Shown here: positions 50,925 through 64,000 of the stretch, piece by piece | Layout: the number at the start of each line of letters is the position of its first letter | Numbering within the stretch: position 1 is the stretch's first letter | Assembly (NCBI GenBank): GCA_965649765.1 | Contig: OZ287750.1 | Location: forward strand, 62,496,001 to 62,560,000 | DNA: 64,000 nt | Reading direction: 5' to 3' | From: Bispira polyomma | Taxonomy: Eukaryota | Notes under the pieces: generated by a model | What the model was told of the DNA's origin: nothing | Seen by the model: the letters and a program-made list of their open reading frames with translations, nothing else | Databases searched by the model: none | Position numbers and translations under genes: made by a program

Positions 50925-51182
50925 CAGAGAGAGACTTGCAGTGAATAACATAGACAATGGCTATGGCTAGCAATGATTATCCATGTATCACATAGATTTG
51001 AGAAGGCTAGCAATGGAGTAACCATGTGTAACACAGACAATGGTTAATAGTGGATGATCAATGTACAACATAGAGAGATTTGACAAGGCTAGCAGTGGAT
51101 TATCAATGTACAACATAAGAGACTTGACAAAGGCTAGATCATCCACATATAGCATTGACAAGGCTAGCATGTAGATGTACAA
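50922..51182 (+). repeat. Degenerate ~35-45-bp tandem repeat at the start of the 3' UTR
   Basis: Recurring aacatagagagatttgacaaggctagcagtggattatcaatgtac-like units. Confidence 0.7.
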
Positions 51183-51310
51183 AACTCCCACTGTTAAATA
51201 CATGGTGTTAAAACTCCTATAGAATGCATATTATATATGTTGCTCTTTTATTGTATGTTTGTTTGTTAAGGAATTTACCAGGTCAAATTCCACATCACAC
51301 AGTGATAGGA

Positions 51311-51374
51311 ATTAAAATAATAAAAAAATAATCGTTAGTTATTTTTGTAAATATTTTTTTTTTTCTAAAATAAA
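51311..51374 (+). promoter_or_regulatory. Candidate proximal polyadenylation signals
   Basis: ATTAAA at 51311, AATAAA at 51319 and 51369, about 400 nt after the stop. The AT-rich background makes chance hits likely. Confidence 0.3.
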
Positions 51375-52501
51375 TTTGTTTCTCTCAGAAAGTAAAACGA
51401 TAGAGTTGTACAGAAAACTTGAGAAAGAAAAAACCCAGATTCATTAAGTAACAGATCAAGTTCCCGTTTAGTCCGTGTCCATATATGGGAGGCTGTTGTA
51501 AAAAGAACAAAATATACTGGTCATTTGTTTGTACAGGTATTAAAAAACAAAAAAACAATTCAACATGCAACTTGCATTTCTTTCAAAAAGGCTGTAAGTT
51601 TTAAAACTTCTATTAGAGCAATATTTGATGTGTGGTGTGTGTTTTAGTGACATGTGGTTTACTCAGGGGAAGCAGCCCCTCTAAAACCAGCTTCCTATGG
51701 TTAAGGAAAACTTCTGCATCGCTCCTCTCCAATTAATGGAAAACAAATCCCAAACCATTTATTTGTAATACAGTAGACTGTGTTTACTTGTGGAATGTCC
51801 GATATCCACAGGATGTGATTCTAGTTACAACTAGTAATATTGAATATTGGGATCCCTAAAAAATAGGGTTGACGTTGTAGTATTGAGAAATGCAACCTTA
51901 TACTGGTTCTAGTGTCCACTCCACATGAAATTATAAATTTTACAGAGAGAACTGTTTTGTAAAACTCTAATCCTGCTATCATATATGTGTTTTAATTCTG
52001 TGGCTTATCAGATTTATATGTATATATAAATACAGTCAAACAGAAAGGCAGAACAAATTCGATGGTACTTTGAAACAAAATAATCTGTCAGATTTCAGTG
52101 CATAATCGGCCTACATCTGTATGAAAACTGTGTTTGTTGAGTTATTGTTATCTAGTGTTTTGGGATGTATACAGAAAATTGTTTATTTGTACTATCATAC
52201 TTTTCTGAAGTTATCGGGGTAAAGGTGCCAGTCATTGGGTATGTGCAGATATCTGCATTTATCACCGTTGACAACCATTAAGCATGGTTATATAAAGCAC
52301 CCAATTCCGAAAGAAAATTCTAGGCCATTTTCAGTACCTAGGAATCCATTTTAGCTAACGAGTTGGTAAGTAAAAATTGAATCCAGTGAACTTGTACAAT
52401 GTTCACAGTAACACAATATTGTTGTTAAAGTTTATATTGGAAAGTTGTAGAAAAATTGTTTCAGTATAAATTAAGGCGGTATGGCAGACCCCTAAAAGGG
52501 G

Positions 52502-52668
52502 GGGGCCTAGTTGGTGGCCTAGTGGTAAGAAGCACCTGCCTCATATAATCACTGGCCTCTCACCAATGTGGGCTTAAAATCCTGTGGTACTTACCATATA
52601 GTCAGTGGTTTACCGTGGCTTCAGCACTGCGTTGCTTCTACCATTGAATCTGATCATGGTGATAATTC
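52502..52668 (+). mobile_element. Decayed tRNA-derived SINE (V-domain-like)
   Basis: A-box ggtggcctagtggtaag, then a cagtggtttaccgtggcttcagcactgcgttgcttctaccattgaatctga segment resembling V-SINE bodies. Confidence 0.5.
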
Positions 52669-53205
52669 CAATTCAGACTCCCTAAGATCTTGGCCATCAA
52701 GCGATTTGCTGCAGTACATTTGTATTTTTTATGTGTTTTACAAAACCTTCAGGGTCAGTCAACTAACTCAGTCTATGTGTCATATATATATATAAAATAT
52801 ATATATATATGTGCGTGTGTGTAAAATATGGCCTTGAATTATAATTCATATATCAGTGACCAGAATGTCTAAAGTTCTAAACTAACTTCAAAAGAAATCT
52901 ATATATTCCTTCTTTCTTTTTTTTTTAGTTACCTACTTTGATATTGTTATGTGTCGTGATGGTCTCTATATATATAAAAAAGTGATCTGAAAAGATTTAT
53001 ATATATCTATTTATCTAAAATACAGTATTTGGATGTTTTGATTTAAATTAAAGCATCTGAAATTTGTCGTGTACAACTGACTTTTTGCTGCCAGGTGACA
53101 TATTATATCAGTTGGGTGCCAACCACCGAAAAGTAGGGTTACTGTAAGTTCCAAACGCCTGTAAGGTACAAAAGCAAATTGTACTAGTGGTTTTTTTTAC
53201 TGTTA

Positions 53206-53619
53206 GTGAGCGTTTCCATGCAGGCAACTTTCTGAGGCGATCAGCTGACGTCCAACAGGCAATATGCACTTTTTATGTTTTTATACAATCATTTAAGAAA
53301 AATTGATACCTGTATTTAAGCTTAAATATTTTAGCCATTTCTCATCCGATTTTGATGCAACAAAAAGCACAATAAATCCAATAAAATAAGCTTCAGCATA
53401 TTTTTATGAAATTTTTACTTTTGGTAATTTCTGAGTTATTAATATAGAATCGGCAATGTTTACACAGCGACATGCGATGCCAGACGATTTTTTTGCTCTT
53501 GGTACCGAAAAAATCGCCTGGCATTGCTCACATGGAAACACTTGGTTATAAATCACTGAAACTGATAGAATTGCCGTCGGCTGGTCGCCTCAGAAAGTTG
53601 CCTGCATAGAAACGCTCAC
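53206..53619. mobile_element. Complete PIF/Harbinger-like MITE (414 bp) with TTA TSD
   Basis: TTA-gtgagcgtttccatgcaggcaactttctgaggcgatcagctgacg ... cgtcggctggtcgcctcagaaagttgcctgcatagaaacgctcac-TTA; ~45-bp TIRs. Confidence 0.92.
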
Positions 53620-56142
53620 TTAGGCTATTTTACTTAGGCAAATTTTTGTATTCCTTATGCTGTAAGCATGCACCAGACAAACTTAGAAAAGTCTTAGTAC
53701 CAATGATATTACTCTTTGTAATACAAATATATTGTTTGGAATGTTATTTTAATGATACGTTCTATTCCTAATTTAATAGCAGTGTCATCTTTCTAGCATA
53801 AACAAAAGTACACAGGCATTCACAATACTGATGTCATCAGAATAGTCCTTGACCCAGATTTTTGTACACAAAACAGCATCATCTTCAAAATAAACTATTT
53901 TTTTTTCTCTCTATATTTTAAGCAACAGATTATACCTCAACTGGCATCTCTTTAAGACAATAAATTGACATAAATAATAACCTGACAGGTATTGTAAAAG
54001 CTTGTGCAATGATAGTTTTACATGTTTGAATATGCAGTGGCACAATGTTATAGTGTGGTTCACTACTAAAGTGTGGTCTTTAAAAGCCTTTCGGTATCAT
54101 TTTTTTCATATTGCATGTAAAATATCACTTCTGGTTGTACATTACTACAAGGAAGTCACATCAAAAGTAGCTTGGCTTCAGTTATATGAACATGTGCTCT
54201 CCATGAAATCAAAGAGCATTTTATTGTTACCATTGGTTACCAGTGTCTTTTGAATGCATTGAGCTAATTAGAATGTCTCAAACTTACGGTAATCTAAAGC
54301 TGTATAAATGTGTAATACAGATGAAATTGAAACACAAATTATAAGCTCAGGTCAAATCAGAATAACTACAAAGTATCCTTCATTTTGTGTCTCCTGTGTA
54401 TAACATGGATCTGCAGCACCCCATATTCTAATGTTTTAGATTGTAAAGTTTTGTCAGCTATTGAATGTAACAGCTTTTAATTGTATTTATAGACTGATAG
54501 GAAAACAGGGTTAGGAAATCTAAGGGAAATGGTTGACCTCTGAATTTGCATTTAAGGTCGAAACTCAGTGAAACAGATAACTTTTTGAAGACTTAAATCT
54601 TTTTTTCTTGTGGCCACAATTTAAAGTTGCTTTATGAGGTAGTAGCACCTCCAGTGTAATTTAGGATGGAAAAACAATGGGATTACCAGGAGAATGCTAA
54701 AACCTTAAAACCGGGAGAATACTAAAATGCCAAAGGTTTATTTCATTTTGTCCATTTTGCTATATTTTGAACTTGCAGGCTTGTAAAGCTTATAAAGGGT
54801 TGGCACTCAGTTTTTACTGGCTTTGCCTCTGGTGGCCAGAGAAATAGTCTCAGATGGGAATGTAACATATGCCATATATAACTGTAATTCTCAAGCAGAA
54901 TATGGAACTAGCACAAAAACATACCTCTTCATGACAATTTAAGGTAGTCTAACCCTGGTAAGCTATACAAGATGACCCCATTACTTACTTAATATTACTT
55001 CCAAGTAGGACTCTAGAGGTGGCAAATCTCAGATATATTGCGATTTTTACATTCTTTCCTATTCATTCACAAAAGGTCTGTGTATTTTGTGCCGGAGTGG
55101 AGGTGTATATAGAAGCTGCCATGTTTGGCGACACTCTATATTATTGGGGGTGGGGGTCCTTCCACACAAATACAAGAGTGCGTTTTGTAAAGGTTCCTGC
55201 AAACCAGCTTTGGTGACATACGATCCGAGTAAAAACAAATCACCAGATCGGGTGTAGCTTTTACACTGCATACAAGTTAAATATTGGGTTATATGATCAG
55301 GAAACTCCCACGTTTTTTGCATTATACACGTGCAAATACAAAATGCAATTTAGATCCACCCACCCCCTCCTCATACAATAAGAAAAAAAAGTTAGAGAAA
55401 TTTCTATCTTAAAGATGTGTCTGGGAATGTAATTTGCTCAAATGCAATGGGGGTATGTATAGATGATATGTTTTTCATAGTTTGTTAAATTTTCATCGAT
55501 TCAACTAACATTTGAATCGCACCACACTAAACTGGTTTGCAAGGCCTCTTTACATTACACATTTTTTGTCAACAGTCTATGGGTTTTTGGAAAAGTTTAC
55601 TGATCTTAGAAACTCGCATGGACTTTCCACGTTTGTGACATTTTAGTGACAAAGCCATTTTGATGGTGTTGATAACCCCAAAAATGTGGGGTGTTGCACA
55701 GACACGTCTAACCTCCGTTTCTTTGTAGCCGACGGATGGCGACCAACACTGATTCTATCACTTCTTCTGTATTATGTTCATGTATTTCCATATCACAGAT
55801 GCTGATGGCTGACATTGGCTTGTAAACACTGTATCAAATCGAATTCACGTGGAGTTTTCAAATTTCTGATAACCCAGGAGTCACTACCTCATAAAATATG
55901 CCTGTAAAATTGGTGATATATGGAAACAATCAGAATCAGCGGCTGGGAATTGACCACCATCGTCTGTTACGTGGAAATGTAGGCTTATGTGAAGCGATTA
56001 TACCCAAAAAAACCTTAAAGGATACAGGGGACAGTCACCATACAATATACTTCCCAGTAGAAGTGGTGTGAAATATCCTTATGATGGCACATATAAAAAA
56101 CCCACACTAAAACTGCTAACTGGACAACTATCACATACATTC

Positions 56143-56145
<3 letters not shown>

Positions 56146-56178
<33 letters not shown>

Positions 56179-56194
56179 TATATATATATATATA
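56146..56194. repeat. (TA)n microsatellite, one interruption
   Basis: Direct inspection of the sequence. Confidence 0.9.
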
Positions 56195-57274
56195 TCCTGG
56201 TGGGAATTAATAGCCATATTATTATAGTGTATACGTTTCTTTGTTGTTGGGTTGTTGTTATTTTTTTGTATTTTCTAACTAGGTAATGTATATTTTCCCC
56301 CCCTTTTCATGCAACTAAATGTTGAAAAAAACCCAAAACGAACCCCGATATTTATAAATAAATACATGTATCAATTGATATATAATACCAGTCAAAGTCT
56401 ATTGTATTTTGCTCTAAGAGTTTGCAGCTTGTAGCCGTGTGGTATAGGAGTTTCCAAGAGGTTATGTCGTCTATTACAAACTACTTTGAGTATTTCCTGC
56501 ATTGTTTGTCCACGCGTCTGGTGTTAATGTGAGTTTTTTACCTCGTTAATGGTTAGGCATGTTAATACATGCATGGGTTTTACCCTCTTCTCCGTCTTCA
56601 AAGATGATGATCGTCAATTACTCTCCTCCCCCCTCTGATGGTCATGTGATCATCTAAAGGACAATACGTAGGTAGTACGTCCCTTCTGTAAGTGGACTTT
56701 AAGCAGGAGACGTTTTGTATTGTGTACAGGCCTAGAAAGTGTTTACAGAAAAAATGAAAAAAAAAACAGGAAAAAAAAAATGATGCCAGTTACAAAATAA
56801 AAACAAAACACGCACATAATTTGTATTATATGTTACTGACTTTTTGTTGTTGTTTTTGTTTGTTTACAAGTGTACAAAGTGTGCATACCGGTGTTCTCTG
56901 TACCAGCTTAATATATATACATATGTATCTACCTAGTTTTAGACTGTAATACAGTAGAAATGTTGATGTATTGAGTGTACATGTATATATATCAATATAT
57001 ATGCTGAAATTAATCTATTAATCTAGGTACATTATAAAAAGTGGTTTGTTTACATCAAATGTTTTGGGGTATGTTTTTTGTGTTTACATCAAATGTTAAG
57101 GGTACGTTTTCTGTGTTTACATCCAATGTTTGCTGTGTTTTTGTCCATGTTTATTACATCTAATGTGTACAGTGTTTTTGTGTGTGTTTCCATCAAGTTT
57201 CTGGTTGATGTTTCAGTGTGGTGGCAACACCTGTCTTAATTGTTGTCTCAATGTACTGTATCTTTGTGGTACAA

Positions 57275-57620
57275 CCTGGGGGCAAATGTATTGGTAAGCA
57301 GCTGTCTGGATTACTGCGATTCTCTGTTACATGGAGCTACTACTGGTTATTTATTTAGAAAAGTGCAAAATGTTCTCTGTGGTATTTTCAATCCGTTGGG
57401 ACGACTTAGCAGTGTATCATAGGTTGTCAATGGAGCACATTTTACTTGTTAAGTCAAACCTGTTGGTTTTTAAATCCATCAATCTAAATTAACTCCTCTT
57501 TTTTGTCTCTATTTAACAGCACTAGTAGCCGTAACAGGTGGCAATAGGTTCTCAGTATCCATTTAACATCTAACTAATCGGAGTGGTAGATGTTGCTTTG
57601 TAATCGCTGCTCCAGTTAAT
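57275..57620 (+). mobile_element. Decayed 3' fragment of an L2/CR1 LINE
   Basis: ANVLVSSCLDYCDSLLHG...RKVQN matches the LV.SRLDYCNSLL.G...LQ.VQN motif; GRCCFVIAAP later resembles G.R.F..AAP. Confidence 0.7.
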
Positions 57621-59190
57621 GGTTGGGTAGAATATACTGTCACAAGATGTTGCCATTATAAAGTACCCAAACTAGACACTTTCCTTGGTTAAGCCCTTCT
57701 TTCTTTCAATGGACCATCCCTTTTTTTTTTGGAGAATGAGCCTTTTAGAGGAGGTTTTGTCAGTTTGGTGCCTTACAAACCCTTTAAATGATTTATTTAA
57801 TTATCTTACTGTTAGGACATTAAATATAGATGTTGTACTTATTACATAGGAACCTTGAATATGGAACATTCTCTTATCCAGACCTCAGACATTCTCAGAT
57901 TTATTTTTTTAGATGATTTTTTACTAAGTTACCCAGGAATTGCAATTAAGGCTTCAGAGTATATTACAGTTATATACTCTGTGTTGTTAAATTTCAAGCA
58001 AAGTATTTTTACTGATGAAAGCAGAATATATACCCACATAATTAAATCTCAAGATTTTGGACATAGAACTTTCCAAAGAGTTTTGTTAGCAATGTTTTAG
58101 CATTGTTCGAGTCCTGGGGACTCCCGTATGTTGGGATCCAATAGCCATCGCTATTTCCTCTTTTATGCATGAAACTTCTGTTATCCTACAAGTGTTCAGA
58201 TAATTGAGGCATTCTACTGTATAGAACTTCTCGATACAGTAGAATTTGAGGAGATCGTTATATATATCATCATGGATTAGCTCAGCTTTCTGTTTACACC
58301 GCTAAAATTTGGATAATAAAATTGATTAGGCTACTTTAACAAACTGCCATTTCAAAGCCCATGCTGCAGCCGGTGTATATTTTGTTCAGTGTTTTATTTC
58401 AAAGTTCAGATGTCAGTGTCTTTTTTCTGCTTTCATTAGAAATATTTTAGATGGAAATGAGGTTTTAGAGTAAAAAAAAAACCAGTATAGAGGACTGTGT
58501 TTGTACTTGTACATTGAAATCCCTGTGGACATTAGAATAAGTTTTATTATAAATTGGTGACTGAGCTCTGGAAGAAGCAGATCCATGTCCCTTTCTATTA
58601 GTGTGTGAAGTTTCTTCTTTTAAAAGAGGTGAATTTGCATCTACTGAAAGTTTCTTTTGCTTTTGTGCAAAAAATAGCCGCAAAGTTTTTGGGTCAAATG
58701 ACACTTTAGCAAGCATGTAGCTCTTCAAATGTTTCATTCATCAATCATACTTCACACCTACCCAATTATTTTTTTTTGTGCATTTGAACTGGCAAATGTC
58801 GAGGCACGACATCCTGAATAAAGTCACAAAGTTCAAATAGTTAATGTTTTTGTTACCACGTTATAATCAGAAACATTCTTGCATTACTTTTAGGACATAA
58901 GATTTAAATAGTGCACTCCCTCTGACAAATAACTATCATGAGATGAAGAGAATATTCTATATTTAAGGATATCAGATTTCTGTCAGTAGATTATCATCAT
59001 GTGCAAAACAAGATCAAGGTGGTCTTGCAATGTCTAAACTGGAAATTGGAATGGACTAGACTTCAAAACATGGAGTGTAAATTACATACAAATATCAAAG
59101 CGGTTATATGCCTTGAACTATTGTTTGACTAAAACTATACGGTACTAATTTTGTTTATTTGTAAATGAAAGAAATATTAAATTGAGGGAC

Positions 59191-59436
59191 TAAAGGACTT
59201 TACAAACCGCCAACTACACAAAACTATTCTACACCGCATGACAATGCTATGAACACCAAACGCGACCTCACACTACATAATGAATATAGTCTTGTGTGAA
59301 TGCCCCCTGCCCCAATAATTTTGGTACATATTACATATAAAGCCACCTAATGACACAACGTTTTAGAGATTTCTCCAAGTTAAATTACAGTATGGTGTAG
59401 TATAGTGTTGTGTAGGAAGCAGTCTAAATAACCTCT
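59191..59436. mobile_element. Second copy of the 8180-8487 interspersed repeat
   Basis: Colinear similarity to 8180-8487. Confidence 0.75.
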
Positions 59437-62400
59437 GTATATTGTCTTATTTCTAATTTTCTGTAGTGTTTTAATCTCAATATTATCCTTCAAAATAAGC
59501 TATAAGGTAATTTCTATTTCTGTCAAGCTTCTAAATATAATGTTATCATTGTCAAACATTCTTAATAGTACTGAAGTTGTAAATAGAAAAACTTGCTTTA
59601 CTAGTTGTTTGGTGGCTTATCTTGATAAAAAACTAAAATCAGGTAAAAAATATTTAAAACCAATTGTCCGTTTCAGATGAAATTAGAAAATTTAGCATCA
59701 ATATACACAACTCTTTGAACAATTAAATTAAGTTTTATACTTTGGTTAAGCACAGTTTGTTTTATACCTCATTGTAGCAATAGTTGTTGTCTAATATATC
59801 AAATGATCTATATAATTTTTGAAATACGATTTTACACATGCATAGTGAATTTTTCCAAGAGGACTTAAAATGGCTTTTAATTTGTCCATTGTGCCCAGTG
59901 ATCAACAATTAAGCAAACTAGTATCGTATAGTTTTGGCATCCAAGTTATGGCCAAAAAGACTAACTGCAAAAAGATGATGTATTAAATGCAAAAGATGAT
60001 GTATTAAAAGTAAACATATAAACTACTCCCTGACTGTTTGACCATAGGTATGACCATAGTTATTAATACAGGAAACGTGCCCTGTTAGATTATTTTATTG
60101 GAAACTTTATAAAGTGCAAAAGTAGTGTATCCTTTGAGCCATTTGTTCTCCAATTAAGGGATAGTGGTAGGCATATCATTGGTTGTCGTAGTATGCAACT
60201 ATATGGGTGCCACATGGGTTTGTGTCCCAGGGTTTTTATCCCCTGATAATCATTGGTAGCTTTACCAAGATTGGAACCAGTTTACGGCAACCAACTCTCC
60301 AAAACCACAAGGCCACTAGTTTATGAATCAGGACATACACATCTCTCACAGACTCTACAAATCTCTCTCAAGTCTGTTAACCTTTCATTTGCTGGAAATT
60401 GAATCCGTGGGATTTGTGTTGTTATTTTTCTTCAAAAGCTAATTCTGAACTAAAGGGGTATTTATTTTGAAATCTATTCCAAAGGGACCAGTGGTATCGG
60501 GTAAAAAAAGCAGAAAAGTATGGCCATGTTGTCTTGTTATGCCGCTTATAGGGAGATCTGTTTGGTCCTTTTTGTCTTATAGCAGTCCTGACATTAGAGC
60601 CCTTGTAACTCTCTTCTAGTAATAAACATTTTTTATACATCCTCTGAAAATGAATTTTGATTTGCGTCAAACTTCTTCACATCAAGAGATTTTCCAACAG
60701 ATCATTTGATAATTGTAGTTTTAAGTATATTAGAGTTATGAAACATAAAATAGAAACGGTAATATTTGGATACTTAGCAGTCTTTGTTTTATTTATAAAA
60801 ACGTAAAATAGAAAACGGTAATATTTGGATACTTAGTAGTCTTTGTTTTATTTTTTGTCTTTAAAATATAATGTAGCATTTTGTCGCATTTTAATGATCC
60901 TTAGCTACAAGATACAGTTGTTTTGTGTTATTTGTCCTGGTTTGTGTTGCCATAGCAACAGTTGCATTTCTTTAATAAAATTATGTTTGTTTTTTTAATT
61001 TTTTTTGTGGTGAAGTTTAATACTTGGGGTGAATATTGTGTTATACATCTAAAAATTATACAAAGTAGATACATTTATGGTTCGATTATCTATAACTATA
61101 AGAAATCACGTGGGTCATTCAATCCTGAACTGCTATTTTGGCAACAGTTCAAGTTTTTTTAAAACTTTTTACATTGTCTCCACAAATTTAGCAGTTTAGA
61201 TAATCGAGTCCATTATTCTCACTGTATGTATGGGTATGTATGTGTGTGAGCGTGGGCCAGGGCTTGTTTAACGCTTTGCTTTATTTAACGGTCAAGTTGG
61301 TGTATTTTTTGTCGTCTTACAAACTTGAATAGTCTACCTGTTCTGCACTTGGTACCTCAAGCAACAAACCTCTAGCGTCAACAGCTTTTTTAGTTTTTAT
61401 TTTTTTTTTAGAGGAAATGTTTTATTTTAATTTCATTTTTTTTTTCTTTGTTGTTAATTAATACACGTGTCTGTTTTTCCTTGTATGTCTTCTCTGGTAC
61501 CCAGTTGGCCACGGTTCTCTTGAGGCTTTAGCGTTAACTTGGAGATCAAGAGATCCATAGAAGAGGACGGACATGCAACCGTTAAAATATTCTCTATTAT
61601 AGTTACCTCAGATATTTAGTTTTAATAGATATACATACATATATATTTATATATATTATGATTCTATATATACAATTAGTTTACTATGTTTCCCCGTAAT
61701 TGTGTTTTTTTGATATTTAATAAGTTAATATCTTTGTGGTGTTATATTTCCCGGTGTGTTACTTACTATGAGCGATATATATATATAATATGTATAAAAA
61801 AATGTAGATTTACCGGTGAATATCTTCTGTAGTCATCTTTGACTGTATCATTGATGGCCCAATAACAACTACCTTTAGGTAGTGTGTGTAATGTTATAAC
61901 CAAGTTTACTGTCAATGTTTTAATTATATCAGTAACTTCCTGTTCAAACAGTGTCACATTGGCATAGCCAATGAGATTTTGTCAAACAATGCATATGATG
62001 TCTTGTTGCATCTCATTGGTGAAGAGGTTTTTTGTTGTCGTTTTTAAAAAAAATATACACTATGAAAGGTGTAAAGAAGAAACAAAGATTTATTTTACTG
62101 GTAATATCTAAAGTGTCCAATGTAAATGCAGAAATTTATATATATATATATTTAATGCGCACAACTGAACAGTTATACGCTTGTCAACATTGAAATCTCG
62201 CAGACAAAGAAAGCAACAACTTTAAAAATGGCCAGTTATAAGAATTGTCCAGTCCTTCACTTGGCATTGTCCGAACAAATGATGTGTTTAGGGGCTTCTG
62301 TTGAAACCATGTTTTAACTGTTCAATCTTAAAACACATTTCCTTGGTAATGTCACTTTGACATCAATTTACATTAAAATGCCCTCTGTCACCACACTATT

Positions 62401-63337
62401 TGTCTGGTTACCTTATGAACAACACCTACTTTTTGAGTACAATCTTCTTCTATTTAAAGCACTTAACAACCAACCAACCTCTGGTTATTTTTACCAATTC
62501 AAGTTGTGGTAACAGACTTTTGACTCTTCCTTTCACCCGGAGGCTTCAAACTTACCTGTTTCATGGTTAGCTTTCCCTTCCTGGGTGATTTCATGACCCA
62601 GTGATCATTATATATGAACTGCCAAGTGTGTTGGACTATTCTTTACGGCTATAGCTGTGGATGTGCGCCTTTAGGGAGACTGTTGTCAGTGTATTTGGCC
62701 CATTAGAACATAGAAGCCGTTAGACAGGCCACTTGTCAGCCTTTCTTTATAAATGGTAGTTTCACAAGCCTTTAATGTTGGCTGTTTGTTGAAAGCTTTC
62801 ATCTGAGTTATTGATGTATTACGTTTACAACTGGTTCAGGCACAAAGTTGTATGTATATAATATATATGTTGATATACGTTCTATATCCCAATGGCACTA
62901 CAGTGGTACCGCCGATCTGTATCTATACTGTATGTACTAGAAACTTTGTTTTTTTCTTTCCCTCTGTTTTACTCTGTGCATAACCTGTTTTTCATGAAGT
63001 ATATATATTACAAATATCTGCTCTGTTATATTTTCTGCTCCTCTAATGGCATCTGTTTTTGTTTGGTAATGCTTAATATGCCAGGTATGTTATTATCGTC
63101 ATGTGCAATATATGTTAATTTAATACAATTTTGTTCGGACTTCAGGTTTTTAAAAGATATCTCTGGGAATTAATTTATTTTACAAAGACATATGTTTTCC
63201 TTCTATTTCTCTCTACCACAAAAACCATAGTTTTCATATTGCTTTCATCAGGTTTTATATATAATGTTTAATAACTCTAAAGGGCCAAGGTACAACCAAC
63301 ATGAAAGGATTGAGAATTTCTCACTAGGAGGCGACTT

Positions 63338-63830
63338 TAATATTCCCCACCGGCTAAATGGCTGTGACGGGGAATGTGTCCGGGGAACTTGTCCGTTCAT
63401 CAGTTCATGATATTTTTCATATTTTATAGCCTAACTATTTTGTTATATGATAATCGTATTTTGTATTTGGCATTATTGTGTTGATACAAATACATAATAC
63501 AAGTTTCCTACCAAAGCTATGGAAACAAGATGGCTGCCATGGCGACTTTAAAACATTAGTCTGTAGTCATTTACAGCCAAAATACTTGAGCCAGAATCCC
63601 ACAATTTGATATGGAGGGTTGCTGTAGCAAAGAGGGGCACTTTTTATTGCAACGATTAAATGATGAGTTCACATGAATCAATTTTCAGGACTTTCATAAA
63701 ATGGCTAATATCTCGTAAATGGTGGCAACCATCTTGAATTATCAAATTTTTTATGAAATTGTGAATATCTCGGAAATGGTTAGAGATAGAGTGATTTTGA
63801 TTCAATATTTTGACTAGATAGGAAAGAAAG
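63338..63830 (+). mobile_element. Old HINE-like remnant
   Basis: 5' attcccc...ggggaat inverted pair. The aacaagatggctgccatgg block is shared with ~47215-47310. The atctcggaaatggttagagatagagtgatttt block resembles the 169-bp satellite unit. Confidence 0.55.
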
Positions 63831-64000
63831 GGTATAAAACACTTTCCCACAAACCCTTTAAACTGCCTCAATATGCAATAAACGCCTATCTACAGCATGG
63901 AATCATTACAATCTTCGATTTTTCTTGAGGTATGATGTACTAAGACTAAGGAAACATCAGAGCTATCATATACAGTTTTGTCTTAGAACAAAAAGAACTC

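Noticed and set aside
58465-58737. 90-aa minus-strand ORF with protein-like composition
   Set aside because: No recognisable motif, no convincing splice sites and no partner exon.

Overview
AT-rich eukaryotic (animal) genomic DNA; the repeat repertoire suggests a marine invertebrate, probably a mollusc or other lophotrochozoan (inference). The only supportable host gene is the 3' part of a + strand C2H2 zinc-finger gene. Three phase-compatible exons (32201-32327, 36690-36788, 49333-50924) give about 605 aa: three spaced C2H2 fingers, the second split by a 12.5-kb intron, then a long Pro/Ser/His/Gln-rich tail. I could not find its 5' exons in the window. The rest is intron or 3' flank packed with non-autonomous DNA transposons (Harbinger-like and Tc1/mariner/pogo-like MITEs, Helentron-associated elements carrying a ~169-bp satellite), tRNA-derived SINE remnants, two decayed L2/CR1 LINE fragments and many minisatellites. 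The most notable pattern is that tandem arrays are seeded on boundaries: a 41-bp array reiterates a splice acceptor, a 37-bp array reiterates a splice donor, a degenerate array starts at the stop codon, and three more arrays sit on MITE ends. Three antisense, phase-compatible spliced coding relics also lie upstream of or within the gene. There are no prokaryotic-type systems (CRISPR, operons, rRNA or true tRNA). All family assignments are by eye; no database search was run.
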